Assembly: GCA_030603395.1 (NCBI GenBank)
Contig: JAUVXX010000002.1
Span: forward strand, 15,807-79,806
DNA length: 64,000 bases
Source of the DNA: a bacterium
GTDB lineage: Bacteria > Patescibacteriota > Minisyncoccia > Minisyncoccales > CG1-02-41-26
Direction: 5' to 3'
Shown here piece by piece: positions 1 to 8,403 of the stretch. The notes beneath the pieces were generated by a model, which saw nothing but the letters and a program-made list of their open reading frames with translations, was not told where the DNA came from and made no database searches. Position 1 is the first letter of the stretch; each line of letters starts with the position of its first letter. A program made the position numbers and the translations under genes.

Positions 1-2
1 AC

Positions 3-383
3 TGTATTTTAGCCCACCGGTACCGAACCGGAGTTAAGCCAAGAACAAAGGAGGCGAAAATTCTTTTTGATGCTGATAAATTAGATTCTCTTGGTGCTAT
101 CGGAATTGCTCGAGCTTTCATTTGGGTCGAGAGACATAGGGCAAAAATTTATACCAATCTTCCCCTAAAAAAATATATTAAAGAGAATCTAATGGGTGGA
201 AGAATAAATGGCAGGATTAAAGATAAAACAAAGCACAGTCCTCTTATTGAATATGAACTAAAACTAAAACGCATTCCCAATAGATTACATGCCCGAAAGG
301 CAAAGAAAATAGCTAAAGGAAGATTAAACTATATGAAATCATTTTTTGATAGGTTTTCAAAAGAAATTAAAGGGGGAATTTAG
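3..383 (+). CDS. HD-domain phosphohydrolase, C-terminal part (5' end outside window)
   Basis: Frame is open from base 3 to TAG at 381-383. Translation includes LFDADKLDSLGAIGIARAF, typical of the distal part of HD-superfamily hydrolases. The listed ORF 192..383 is only its Met-initiated tail. Confidence 0.55.
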   Translation, partial: CILAHRYRTGVKPRTKEAKILFDADKLDSLGAIGIARAFIWVERHRAKIYTNLPLKKYIKENLMGGRINGRIKDKTKHSPLIEYELKLKRIPNRLHARKAKKIAKGRLNYMKSFFDRFSKEIKGGI

Positions 384-414
384 CTCCTGCGAAAAGAGAA
401 ACACATATTTTAAT

Positions 415-1410
415 TCATTTAAGAACGGTGCCGATAAAATCAGGGTAGCCCCTTAAAAGTTCCTGGGAAGAAATTGGTTTTCCTCCTTCAAGTTGTAATT
501 CCTCAACCAACAAGAAATCGGTGGGGGTGCCGCTGGGAATGCCGCCGCACTGGATATAGAATTTTTTATCTTCAGTCGCCACGGTTTTACCAAGAGGATA
601 GGGAATTCCTGAGGACTTTAAAACCTCGGCTTTGATAATTTTTATTCTTATGGTCTGGCCTCGCTTTCCCCACCTGCCTTTTCTCTCCCAGAAAGTATAA
701 CTTCCGGGCCAGGGGTAAAAAGCCCTTATTTCTCTTTTAATTTGTTTGGCTGACTTCCGCCAGTTTATTTCTCCATCTTCTTTGATAAAAATTTTGGTGT
801 AAGTGGCATCCCTCTCATCTTGGGGCGTAGATTCAATCATCTCCTTTAACCAGAAGGAGATGGTGTTTATCAAAAGGGTTGCCCCTGATTCAGCCAATTT
901 TTTACTGAGGTTTTCAAAAGTTTCATCTCCTTCTAACCTTACAACTTGTTGCTTGATAATGGGTCCGTGGTCCATTTTCTCGTCCATTAGAATTATAGTT
1001 ACTCCGGTCTTTTCCTCTCCATCCAAAATGGCGGATTGAATAGGAGAGGGACCTCGATATTTGGGAAGCAAAGAGGGATGGACATTTAAAGAGCCGTGCT
1101 TGGGAATATCTAAAATCTCCTTTGGTAGAATTTTCCCGAAAGCAGCTACCACGATTAAATCTGGTTTAATCTCTTTTAACTTACCGACTATCTCTCTTAT
1201 TTTCTCGGGTTGAATAACAGGAATATTGTGTTTTTCTGCAACAAGTTTAGTGGACGAGGGAGTTAAATCCTGCTCTCTTCCATTTGGTTTATCAAGAGAG
1301 GTAACCACCAAAACTGGTTTAAAAGAAGTTTTGGCAAGATTTTCCAGGACAATCGCCCCAAATTCAGGGGTTCCTATAAAAATTATTTTAAGTGATTGAG
1401 TTGGTTTCAT
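415..1410 (-). CDS. fmt: methionyl-tRNA formyltransferase
   Basis: 331 aa. N-terminal IIFIGTPEFG, formyltransferase core SLNVHPSLLPKYRGPSPIQ, plus a C-terminal Fmt domain. Confidence 0.9.
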   Translation of the reverse strand: MKPTQSLKIIFIGTPEFGAIVLENLAKTSFKPVLVVTSLDKPNGREQDLTPSSTKLVAEKHNIPVIQPEKIREIVGKLKEIKPDLIVVAAFGKILPKEILDIPKHGSLNVHPSLLPKYRGPSPIQSAILDGEEKTGVTIILMDEKMDHGPIIKQQVVRLEGDETFENLSKKLAESGATLLINTISFWLKEMIESTPQDERDATYTKIFIKEDGEINWRKSAKQIKREIRAFYPWPGSYTFWERKGRWGKRGQTIRIKIIKAEVLKSSGIPYPLGKTVATEDKKFYIQCGGIPSGTPTDFLLVEELQLEGGKPISSQELLRGYPDFIGTVLK

Positions 1411-1420
1411 GATTTATTGT

Positions 1421-2110
1421 TTATTTTATTATGCGCCATTCAACGTCGGACTCTTTGCCGGCAAACTCCAGCCACTCGTCATTTTCATCAATAACATACC
1501 ATTTCCTGTGAGTTTGGGACCAAACCATGGGATTTCCTTGATAAAACCGCTTTTTTACCACTTTTTTTGGTTTCAGCCTGTCAAGCTCCAGCCACTTTTT
1601 AAAGACGGTCTCAATGGCGTAATCCAAGTCCCTTGATTTTGCCCACAAAGAAACTTTATCAATAGCTTCTTTGGCTTTTTCGATTGACCCGGCTAATTCT
1701 AAAAGCTGTTTGGCCGGTCTGGTAAAGCGAGAATAAATAATTTTTCTTTTTTTGGCACTCCTTTTAAGTTCGTTTAAACTTAACTCTTTGGTTTTGAAGT
1801 AATGAGTAATAATCTGACGAATGGCTGTTTCTTGTTTTAGCCTTTTATAGTAATCAATTTTACCCTTTTTCAGATATTCTTCAATTTTTTCAGCAATGCT
1901 TTTGCCTATGCTGGGTATTTTCTCAAGACCCTTGATGCCGTTCTTTTTGTAGACGAGAGAAACATCTTCTTCCAATTCTTCTAAAGTACGGGCGGCTTTC
2001 CGGTAGGCCACTATCTTGTGAGTTATTTTCCTTGACTTGAAAGTTACCCCTTTTATTTCCAATAATTCTGCGAGCTCATATAATATTTTACTAATTTCCT
2101 GATTAATCAT
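1421..2110 (-). CDS. helix-hairpin-helix protein resembling the N-terminal 8-kDa/HhH module of family X polymerases, with an unknown C-terminal domain
   Basis: N-terminus NQEISKILYELAELLEIKG...AYRKAARTLEEL...LEKIPSIGKSIAEKIEEYL resembles the PolX lyase/HhH region. No polymerase palm motifs are seen. Confidence 0.4.
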   Translation of the reverse strand: MINQEISKILYELAELLEIKGVTFKSRKITHKIVAYRKAARTLEELEEDVSLVYKKNGIKGLEKIPSIGKSIAEKIEEYLKKGKIDYYKRLKQETAIRQIITHYFKTKELSLNELKRSAKKRKIIYSRFTRPAKQLLELAGSIEKAKEAIDKVSLWAKSRDLDYAIETVFKKWLELDRLKPKKVVKKRFYQGNPMVWSQTHRKWYVIDENDEWLEFAGKESDVEWRIIK

Positions 2111-2122
2111 TTTTCAGTATAT

Positions 2123-2686
2123 TTATTGGTGCTTCTCTACCGTGAACCGGTAGATAATTATCTTCTCGCGAGTCGGATTAATGCCTCCTTTTTGGCAGGC
2201 GATTGAAACCTGTTTTTCTGCCGTATCTATTCCTTCCAGGTCGGGCAATAGGAGAGCGGATTTTGCTACAGCATGGCCATCAAAGACCACGTCAGTCCTA
2301 TGGGATGAGCCAATAGGTGTTGTCTTAACAATAATACCGTATTTTTTAGGGTCTAATTCTTTAACGTCTTTTACCAATTCCGGCTTCCCTAAGAGATAAA
2401 CAGTATAGGAAAGAGAGGGGAGTTCTTCTTTTTGAATGGGTCCGAACCGGTAATCCTCGGTGGCAGCTGCCACGGCATTGTGAATTATTTCTCCAGCAAC
2501 GTTCTCTTTGGTTGGTAAATAAGTGCCGATACAACCCTTTAAATTTCCAGCTTTCTCAATAGTGACAAAGATTCCAGATTTTTTATTAAGTAGCTCTTTT
2601 GGTAAATCATCTGGTATTTCAATGATTTCTCCTTTCTCAACATAGCTCTCCACCGCCTTTTTCGCCAATTCAACATAAGGATTCAT
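2123..2686 (-). CDS. AMMECR1-domain protein (AmmeMemoRadiSam system protein A-like)
   Basis: 187 aa with the AMMECR1 hallmark LKGCIGTYLP and AAATEDYRF. Confidence 0.8.
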   Translation of the reverse strand: MNPYVELAKKAVESYVEKGEIIEIPDDLPKELLNKKSGIFVTIEKAGNLKGCIGTYLPTKENVAGEIIHNAVAAATEDYRFGPIQKEELPSLSYTVYLLGKPELVKDVKELDPKKYGIIVKTTPIGSSHRTDVVFDGHAVAKSALLLPDLEGIDTAEKQVSIACQKGGINPTREKIIIYRFTVEKHQ

Positions 2687-2690
2687 ATCT

Positions 2691-3005
2691 CTATTCTACC
2701 ACATTTAATTCTTTTTTAATCCTTGCCGCTTCTTTTTCTACCACTTCGCCTTCGTATTCACCACTGTGGGCAGGAGTACCTTTATAAATTGGTTTCTTTT
2801 GGTCAAGATGTAAATTAATGAATATTTCTCCGGTCTCTTTGTTCTCTTTGAGGTAAATATGGAAGCGGGGATAGGGAACCCCCTGAAGAGGCCGAACAAA
2901 AATTAATTCTGATTTTTCGTCATCTTTTCTCTGGAAATGATAACCAACCCTCCTCATCAAATTTATCACATTCTCTCCCGATTTATTTTTTAGAGTAAAT
3001 TTCAT
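2691..3005 (-). CDS. hypothetical protein (104 aa)
   Basis: ORF packed between two operon genes with 4-19 nt gaps. No family recognised. Confidence 0.4.
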   Translation of the reverse strand: MKFTLKNKSGENVINLMRRVGYHFQRKDDEKSELIFVRPLQGVPYPRFHIYLKENKETGEIFINLHLDQKKPIYKGTPAHSGEYEGEVVEKEAARIKKELNVVE

Positions 3006-3024
3006 AATTACAGGTTCTCATAGT

Positions 3025-3843
3025 TTAACTTTGAGTTTTTTGGTGATGGAAATAAATCGTAAAATTGAGGTTTTGTTTCTGGCAATAACCTTCTATTTCC
3101 TTCTCAAGCTGGTTCCAATAATCATTTTTAGTAAAATAAATTTCCTGAAATTTCTTTAATAAGTTGGGGTGGCTATTTCTTAACCACTTTTTAATGTCTC
3201 CCCAGTTGGTTGCTCTGACATTGAGATTTTCAAACCAATATTCATCGACAAACCCTTTGGTTTTAGCAATTATTTTCTTATAATCCGTTAGTTCTGGGAA
3301 CATTGGGGAGATAAAAATAAAGGTAGAAATTCCAGCCTTTTTTAGTTCTCTCACTGCCTTTATTCTTCTTTCAACAGTGGAAGCTAAGGGCTCAACCTCT
3401 TTCCTAGTGGAGTCATCCAGGAGGGACAAAGAACAGCCCGCTATACGTTTCTTAAATTTCTTCAATAAATCAATATCTCTCACTATCAAATCTGATTTTG
3501 TTATTAGACACAAGTCAGGTTGAAGGGGAATTAAATTTTTAAGTATCCCTCTCATTAATTTATATTTTCTTTCTGCTGGTTGGTAAGGGTCAGTCACCGA
3601 GGAAATCATGATTGATTTATTTTTGTATTTTTTAATGTTTTTGGGAATTAATTCAGCCGCATTAATTTTAACATCCAAAAATTTACCCCAGGGTTCACGG
3701 TGATTGGTGAATCTTTTCATAAATCGAGCATAACAGTAAATACATCCATGCATGCAACCAATATAAGGATTGATTACGTAATCCACGTCCAGCCCTGATT
3801 TTGTAATAATCGATTTTGCCTTAATTTCTTTAATTTTTATCAT
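3025..3843 (-). CDS. radical SAM protein, SplB/COG1533-like
   Basis: CxxxCxxC motif (GCMHGCIYCYA) about 30 aa from the N-terminus. Size and layout resemble the DNA-photolyase-like radical SAM family. Confidence 0.7.
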   Translation of the reverse strand: MIKIKEIKAKSIITKSGLDVDYVINPYIGCMHGCIYCYARFMKRFTNHREPWGKFLDVKINAAELIPKNIKKYKNKSIMISSVTDPYQPAERKYKLMRGILKNLIPLQPDLCLITKSDLIVRDIDLLKKFKKRIAGCSLSLLDDSTRKEVEPLASTVERRIKAVRELKKAGISTFIFISPMFPELTDYKKIIAKTKGFVDEYWFENLNVRATNWGDIKKWLRNSHPNLLKKFQEIYFTKNDYWNQLEKEIEGYCQKQNLNFTIYFHHQKTQS

Positions 3844-4400
3844 TGCTTATTGTTTTGTAATTTGCGATAGAGCATCCGTGCATAACCCATCACGGTCCTA
3901 AACTCGTATTCTACACCCAGTTTCTTTATAAAATCCCAGCAAGCTTGTTTGGTTTTCTTAATACCTCCAAGGTCCTTCTTTGCTTCAACCTCCATAAAAT
4001 CTCCCAATTGATTAACTTGGTCTAAGGTAACTTCAAAATCACCGCAATTAAAGTATTTACGGGTTTTCGTTACAGTCAATTTATGAATTAGGCCAACTTT
4101 TGTGAAGATTTCCTCAACGATTTTAGGGTCCTCGACCAAGGTTTCATATTCGTCCGTTGACATTTTCTGGCCATTTTTATCACGACGCACCAAGGAATAA
4201 CTCAAATGATCCCCACCTTTTTCATATCTAATACGAAGATATTCATTGATGGGATTTTCAGAGAAAAAATTATTATGCGGGGGAACAAAATATTTATCCA
4301 CTTGCTTTCTGGTTTTAATATAACATCCAACTTTCCGAAGTGTTCTTTCAACCTCAACAGGCTTTTTTATTATCACTTGAACTTCAACTTCTTGGTTCAT
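3840..4400 (-). CDS. CYTH-domain protein (class IV adenylate cyclase / triphosphate tunnel metalloenzyme-like)
   Basis: N-terminal EVEVQV (ExExK-like), LRIR, and TLDQVNQLGDFMEVEA motifs. 4-nt overlaps with both neighbouring genes. Confidence 0.65.
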   Translation of the reverse strand: MNQEVEVQVIIKKPVEVERTLRKVGCYIKTRKQVDKYFVPPHNNFFSENPINEYLRIRYEKGGDHLSYSLVRRDKNGQKMSTDEYETLVEDPKIVEEIFTKVGLIHKLTVTKTRKYFNCGDFEVTLDQVNQLGDFMEVEAKKDLGGIKKTKQACWDFIKKLGVEYEFRTVMGYARMLYRKLQNNKQ

Positions 4401-5212
4401 AATTTAAAGTTTACCACCGAATAACCTACACCAAAAGGTCCCTCATAGGATAGGATTTCTGACTGCCAATCAAGGTCATTGAGAGCGCCTAGTAAAATCA
4501 CTATTGACCGATAACCGCATTCGCCAGCTTCCTCAATTAAACCTTGGTCCATCTTTAAAATTCCCTCAGTATCTTTTTTCTTCAAAAGTTCAATTAACCT
4601 TTCATCGAATTCTTTGCCTTGAGGACTGTAACCGGCCGGTGCTTCAGGGGTTAAGCGGTGGGACAAATCCCCAGAGGCAATTATGGCTATCCTCTTGCCT
4701 TGAGATCCAGTAGCGGAGGACAGTCCTCCGCTAGTTGTTTGGTGGAGTATTTGCCCGAATTTAAAATGATTCTCTATATCCAAATAAGAATAGGCCATAG
4801 GTACTACTTTGAAATTTGGATGCTTTTTACTCAAATAATAAAGGGGGACCAAGGCTCCGTGGTCAAGCTCCTTGGAATCAGTTAATCTTAGAGGAATTTT
4901 TTCCTTTTGACAATCTTTTTTAATAACTTCAATAAGCTCTAAATCATTTTTAAAAATCAATTCTGTTTTAAAATCACCGAAATTATAAAAATGACCAACT
5001 AAAGTAGGGGACTGGTTAATGGTAAATTGCTTAAAATCAACCGGACCGTGGGGAGAAATGATTATGACAGTATCTGGTGCTGCTTTAGCAAATTTTTCAG
5101 CCAATTTCTCCATGGCCTCAACTGTTTTTGAGACCTTCTTTAGGTCAGCTGGAGCACCAATAGTTGGTACAATGATTGGAGGATGTGGGGCAATAGCGGC
5201 GAACTTAAGCAT
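4397..5212 (-). CDS. LigB/Memo-superfamily protein (class III extradiol-dioxygenase fold); candidate partner of the AMMECR1 and radical SAM proteins
   Basis: N-terminal AAIAPHPPIIVP, IIISPHGP, DHGALVPLYYL, SGDLSHRL. These are metal-ligand His patterns typical of the LigB-type fold. Confidence 0.6.
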   Translation of the reverse strand: MLKFAAIAPHPPIIVPTIGAPADLKKVSKTVEAMEKLAEKFAKAAPDTVIIISPHGPVDFKQFTINQSPTLVGHFYNFGDFKTELIFKNDLELIEVIKKDCQKEKIPLRLTDSKELDHGALVPLYYLSKKHPNFKVVPMAYSYLDIENHFKFGQILHQTTSGGLSSATGSQGKRIAIIASGDLSHRLTPEAPAGYSPQGKEFDERLIELLKKKDTEGILKMDQGLIEEAGECGYRSIVILLGALNDLDWQSEILSYEGPFGVGYSVVNFKL

Positions 5213-5215
5213 ATT

Positions 5216-6274
5216 TTATTTCTCTGTAAGAAATTTGATTAATTTTTTTCTCACCTTCGCACTTTTTAGCAAAAAGGCCATAAATTCAAATATAAGTTTA
5301 GTTGCCGTCTTATTAACTTTATAAAGAGTTACAATTCTCTCTTCCAGTTTTTTTGTTTTTACTATTTTTTTAAGCTCTTCAAAATCATATTCGGGATTAA
5401 CAATTTTACGAGCTACCTCTGTGCCGGAAATCATTGCCGGGTGAATTCCTTCTCCCGTAAACCCTGAAGCAAGACCGGCTGCATCACCAACCAGAAAAAT
5501 ATTATCAAATTTTACTCCTCGGTAATCATAATTTATTGGGGCTGCTTGGAATTCGTACTTTTCTGGATTAAGACCAAGTTCTTTACACCAATTATTAAGA
5601 TTTTGTTTCAATTTTTCTGCGTTTATAAATCTTGGGTCAGCGTCAGCTCCTATTGAAGTGTAATCTTGATGAGGAAATATCCAGGCATAACCAGGACCAA
5701 ATTTTTCTAGATCAATAAAAATTTCTAATTGATTAAATCTCCTTTCAGGAACAACATATTGAATAGCTACTTCAATTTTCTTTATTGGTAAATCAAGAAA
5801 CCTTCTAACCAGAGAGTTGCTTCCATCAGCTCCGATTAGATATTTGAAAAAAAATTCTCTTTTATCATTAACTAAAATAGAATCCTTTCGGATGGTCGTT
5901 ACTCTTGAATTAAGTAAAATTTCTGCCCCCACTCTTTTGGCTTCCTCCTGCTGCCATTCTCCAAGTTTCTTTCTATTGCATGTCCAAATCCACGGCCTTT
6001 CTGACTCAAGTTTTATTGAACGGCTACCAATATAAAGATTAATAGATTTAAACTCTCTCTCAGCAATAAATTTAGGAAGATTTGCTTCCTTAAAATCTTT
6101 TAAAGTTAGACCTCCAGCACAGACTTTCTCTCCAACTATTTTATTTTTTTCAAGAACTAATACTTTTTTATTGCTAGTCGCTAGAATTTTAGCTGCTGAA
6201 AGCCCAGCTGGGCCCGCTCCAACTATTATTACATCGTATATTTTATCCCCTGAAGACATATTTAAATTATTCAA
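5216..6274 (-). CDS. geranylgeranyl reductase-family FAD-dependent oxidoreductase
   Basis: DVIIVGAGPAGLSAA dinucleotide fold, GEKVCAGGLT (GGR Cys-Gly-Gly), GADGSNSLVRR, LVGDAAGLASGFTGEGI. Confidence 0.75.
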   Translation of the reverse strand: MNNLNMSSGDKIYDVIIVGAGPAGLSAAKILATSNKKVLVLEKNKIVGEKVCAGGLTLKDFKEANLPKFIAEREFKSINLYIGSRSIKLESERPWIWTCNRKKLGEWQQEEAKRVGAEILLNSRVTTIRKDSILVNDKREFFFKYLIGADGSNSLVRRFLDLPIKKIEVAIQYVVPERRFNQLEIFIDLEKFGPGYAWIFPHQDYTSIGADADPRFINAEKLKQNLNNWCKELGLNPEKYEFQAAPINYDYRGVKFDNIFLVGDAAGLASGFTGEGIHPAMISGTEVARKIVNPEYDFEELKKIVKTKKLEERIVTLYKVNKTATKLIFEFMAFLLKSAKVRKKLIKFLTEK

Positions 6275-6283
6275 GAATCAAAT

Positions 6284-6646
6284 TTAAATCTCACTGGATT
6301 TTTCCTTACGCTTTTTGTTTTGATATTCAATAAAAATTATTGTTAGAGCAGAAAAAAGGAAAGAAACCAAAATCATCCATAGAAACTCTTCGATGACGGT
6401 GCCTACAATCCAGATATTTAGGATTTTATCAGGATTGTAAAACCATATATGTAATACCTTCACAGCAAGTGGGTCAACAAGAAAATACCAAATAAAAGAG
6501 AAAAAAACCACTGTGGCAATAATAGTTTTTTTATATTTAACAATAATAGAATGAAAAATCAGAAATATTACAAAATCTGCTATAAGTATCGGTGCTAAAA
6601 GAAATAAATAAGAAAATTGTCCAAATGTAGATAATGAAATTATCAT
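6284..6646 (-). CDS. small multi-pass membrane protein, lycopene-cyclase-domain-like (CrtYc/d-type), tentative
   Basis: 120 aa, about 4 TM segments, GTVIEEFLW resembling the PxEE-F motif. 4-nt overlap with the paralogous upstream gene. Confidence 0.4.
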   Translation of the reverse strand: MIISLSTFGQFSYLFLLAPILIADFVIFLIFHSIIVKYKKTIIATVVFFSFIWYFLVDPLAVKVLHIWFYNPDKILNIWIVGTVIEEFLWMILVSFLFSALTIIFIEYQNKKRKEKSSEI

Positions 6647-6954
6647 TTTTGTTTCTCTAATAACTTTTTAAATAAAATTGTAGCTGTAAAAATAAACCAA
6701 GGTATGGAAAGAATAAGAATAAATTCTTCTAGGGGAATACCAGAGAATATCGGTCCAACAAAAGGAGGGATAAAATACCATACACCATTTTCAACTGCTA
6801 TAGAATCATAAATAACAGCTGGAATGAATGTTAAAATATTGAGAAAAAAGCCTATCTTAAAATAAGGCTTGAGATCATCGAAATATTTTATCCATATAAT
6901 CACCATTGGTACCCAGGTGATACTCAACCAAATTAAATAGCGATAGGTTTCCAT
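6643..6954 (-). CDS. small multi-pass membrane protein, lycopene-cyclase-domain-like (CrtYc/d-type), tentative
   Basis: 103 aa, 3-4 TM segments, SGIPLEEFILIL matching the PLEE-F signature of the heterodimeric lycopene cyclase domain. Confidence 0.5.
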   Translation of the reverse strand: METYRYLIWLSITWVPMVIIWIKYFDDLKPYFKIGFFLNILTFIPAVIYDSIAVENGVWYFIPPFVGPIFSGIPLEEFILILSIPWFIFTATILFKKLLEKQK

Positions 6955-6957
6955 AAA

Positions 6958-7329
6958 TTATAAACCAAGTGCTTTTATGAGAAGAAAGGCGGCTATTCCA
7001 ATAAATCCCCAAAAAGGAAGGGTAAGCCAGCTAGTATAACCATGCTTAGAGATAGGGAAACGTTTGTACTCCCAAAGTTTTGAAGAAAGTGTTTCATGGT
7101 AAGCCCAGCCTACCAGTCCTTCAATGATCATTCCTGAAACCGCTGAAGTGAGATATAAAATTAAGATTATCGGTCCATACTTAAATATCAACCAAAATAG
7201 AGAGATAAAGGGCAATAAAAATAAAGCCACATATTCTGACCAGCGAAAGCGCCTTGTACTTCTTCCATACAAACAAGCAAATAGAAGACCAATGATAAAA
7301 ATTAGAAAATATATTGATAATTCAAACAT
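6958..7329 (-). CDS. small integral membrane protein
   Basis: 123 aa, 4 hydrophobic segments, KLWEYKRFP loop. No family firmly recognised. Confidence 0.4.
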   Translation of the reverse strand: MFELSIYFLIFIIGLLFACLYGRSTRRFRWSEYVALFLLPFISLFWLIFKYGPIILILYLTSAVSGMIIEGLVGWAYHETLSSKLWEYKRFPISKHGYTSWLTLPFWGFIGIAAFLLIKALGL

Positions 7330-7330
7330 A

Positions 7331-8368
7331 TTACTTGATAATTAAATTTAAATCTTGACCGCATTGGGAGCATTGGCCGTTTTTGTCATGACGAGTGATA
7401 AGATAACCGGCTCTGTCTATCATTTTGGCGTCGCATTTTGGGCAATGGGTGTCTTCTGATGGTAAGCCGGGGACATTGCCAGTATAAACATATTTCAGGC
7501 CTGCCTTTTTGCCAATCTGCCAGGCCTTTTTCAGGGTTTCAACTGGGGTGTCAGGAATATTTTGAAGCTTCCAGGAAATTGCTCCGGAAAACTGAGAGAT
7601 ATGCCAGGGGGTTTCTTGACCAAGCTCAGTCTTAATAAATTGAGCGATATTCGTGAAAATCTCTTCAGAATCATTCAGGGTAGGAATAACTAAAGTCGTC
7701 ACTTCAACCCAGACTTGCCCTGAGCCGTGCCGAAGGGTTCCTTTCATTCTCTTCAAAGTATCCAAAACTGGCTGCAATCTACCCCCACAATATTTCTGGT
7801 AAAATTCGTCGCTGAAGCTTTTCAAATCAACGTTGGCAGCGTCTAAGTAGGGGGCAATTAAATCAAATGTTTCTTTAGATAAAAATCCGTTAGTTACCCA
7901 GGCGTTTTTCAAGCCAGCTTTTTTCGCCAATTTCATAGTGTCTAAAGCATATTCCAGGAATACGACTGGCTCTGTGTAGGTGTAAGAAATGCTCGGCAGC
8001 TTACTCTTCTGGGTCATTTCAACTATTTTTTCTGGAGGAATTTCTTCTCCTTCAACTTTTTTGAAAATCTTGGGGGCTTGTGAGATAGACCAATTTTGGC
8101 AGGAATGGCAGGCGAAATTACAGCCAACGGTAGCCATGGATAATGATTGAGTTCCCGGTAAAAAATGAAAAAATGGTTTTTTCTCAATCGGATCAATATT
8201 CACGGCGCAGGGCTTACTATAAACCAACGAGTAAAGTTTACCATTTTTGTTTTCTTTAACGAAACACTTGCCCTTCTCTCCGTTGTCAATAATACAATAG
8301 TGGCTGCAAGTCCGGCATTGAACCTTTTTCTCTTTAAGTTTTTTATAAAGATAACACTCCTTCATCAT
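7331..8368 (-). CDS. AmmeMemoRadiSam-type radical SAM enzyme (PFL-activase-related)
   Basis: N-terminal Cys-rich region (CRTCSHYC..KGKC), canonical GCNFACHSCQN radical SAM motif, and a C-terminal CPKC...CSQC zinc-ribbon-like pair. Confidence 0.75.
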   Translation of the reverse strand: MMKECYLYKKLKEKKVQCRTCSHYCIIDNGEKGKCFVKENKNGKLYSLVYSKPCAVNIDPIEKKPFFHFLPGTQSLSMATVGCNFACHSCQNWSISQAPKIFKKVEGEEIPPEKIVEMTQKSKLPSISYTYTEPVVFLEYALDTMKLAKKAGLKNAWVTNGFLSKETFDLIAPYLDAANVDLKSFSDEFYQKYCGGRLQPVLDTLKRMKGTLRHGSGQVWVEVTTLVIPTLNDSEEIFTNIAQFIKTELGQETPWHISQFSGAISWKLQNIPDTPVETLKKAWQIGKKAGLKYVYTGNVPGLPSEDTHCPKCDAKMIDRAGYLITRHDKNGQCSQCGQDLNLIIK

Positions 8369-8397
8369 TTGAATTTTAGCATAAAACGGGCTAAAAT
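8369..8397 (+). promoter_or_regulatory. sigma70-like promoter TTGAAT-17-TAAAAT, 6 nt upstream of the thpR ATG (leaderless-type)
   Basis: -35 at 8369-8374, -10 at 8392-8397, ATG at 8404. Confidence 0.5.
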
Positions 8398-8403
8398 TTA
8401 AGA

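Noticed and set aside
803-1039. Numerous 60-125-aa antisense ORFs inside confidently assigned genes, e.g. 803..1039, 15012..15386, 27067..27351, 38948..39331, 54065..54465, 62099..62404.
   Set aside because: Each is fully nested opposite a conserved protein-coding gene and has a low-complexity translation with no motif.
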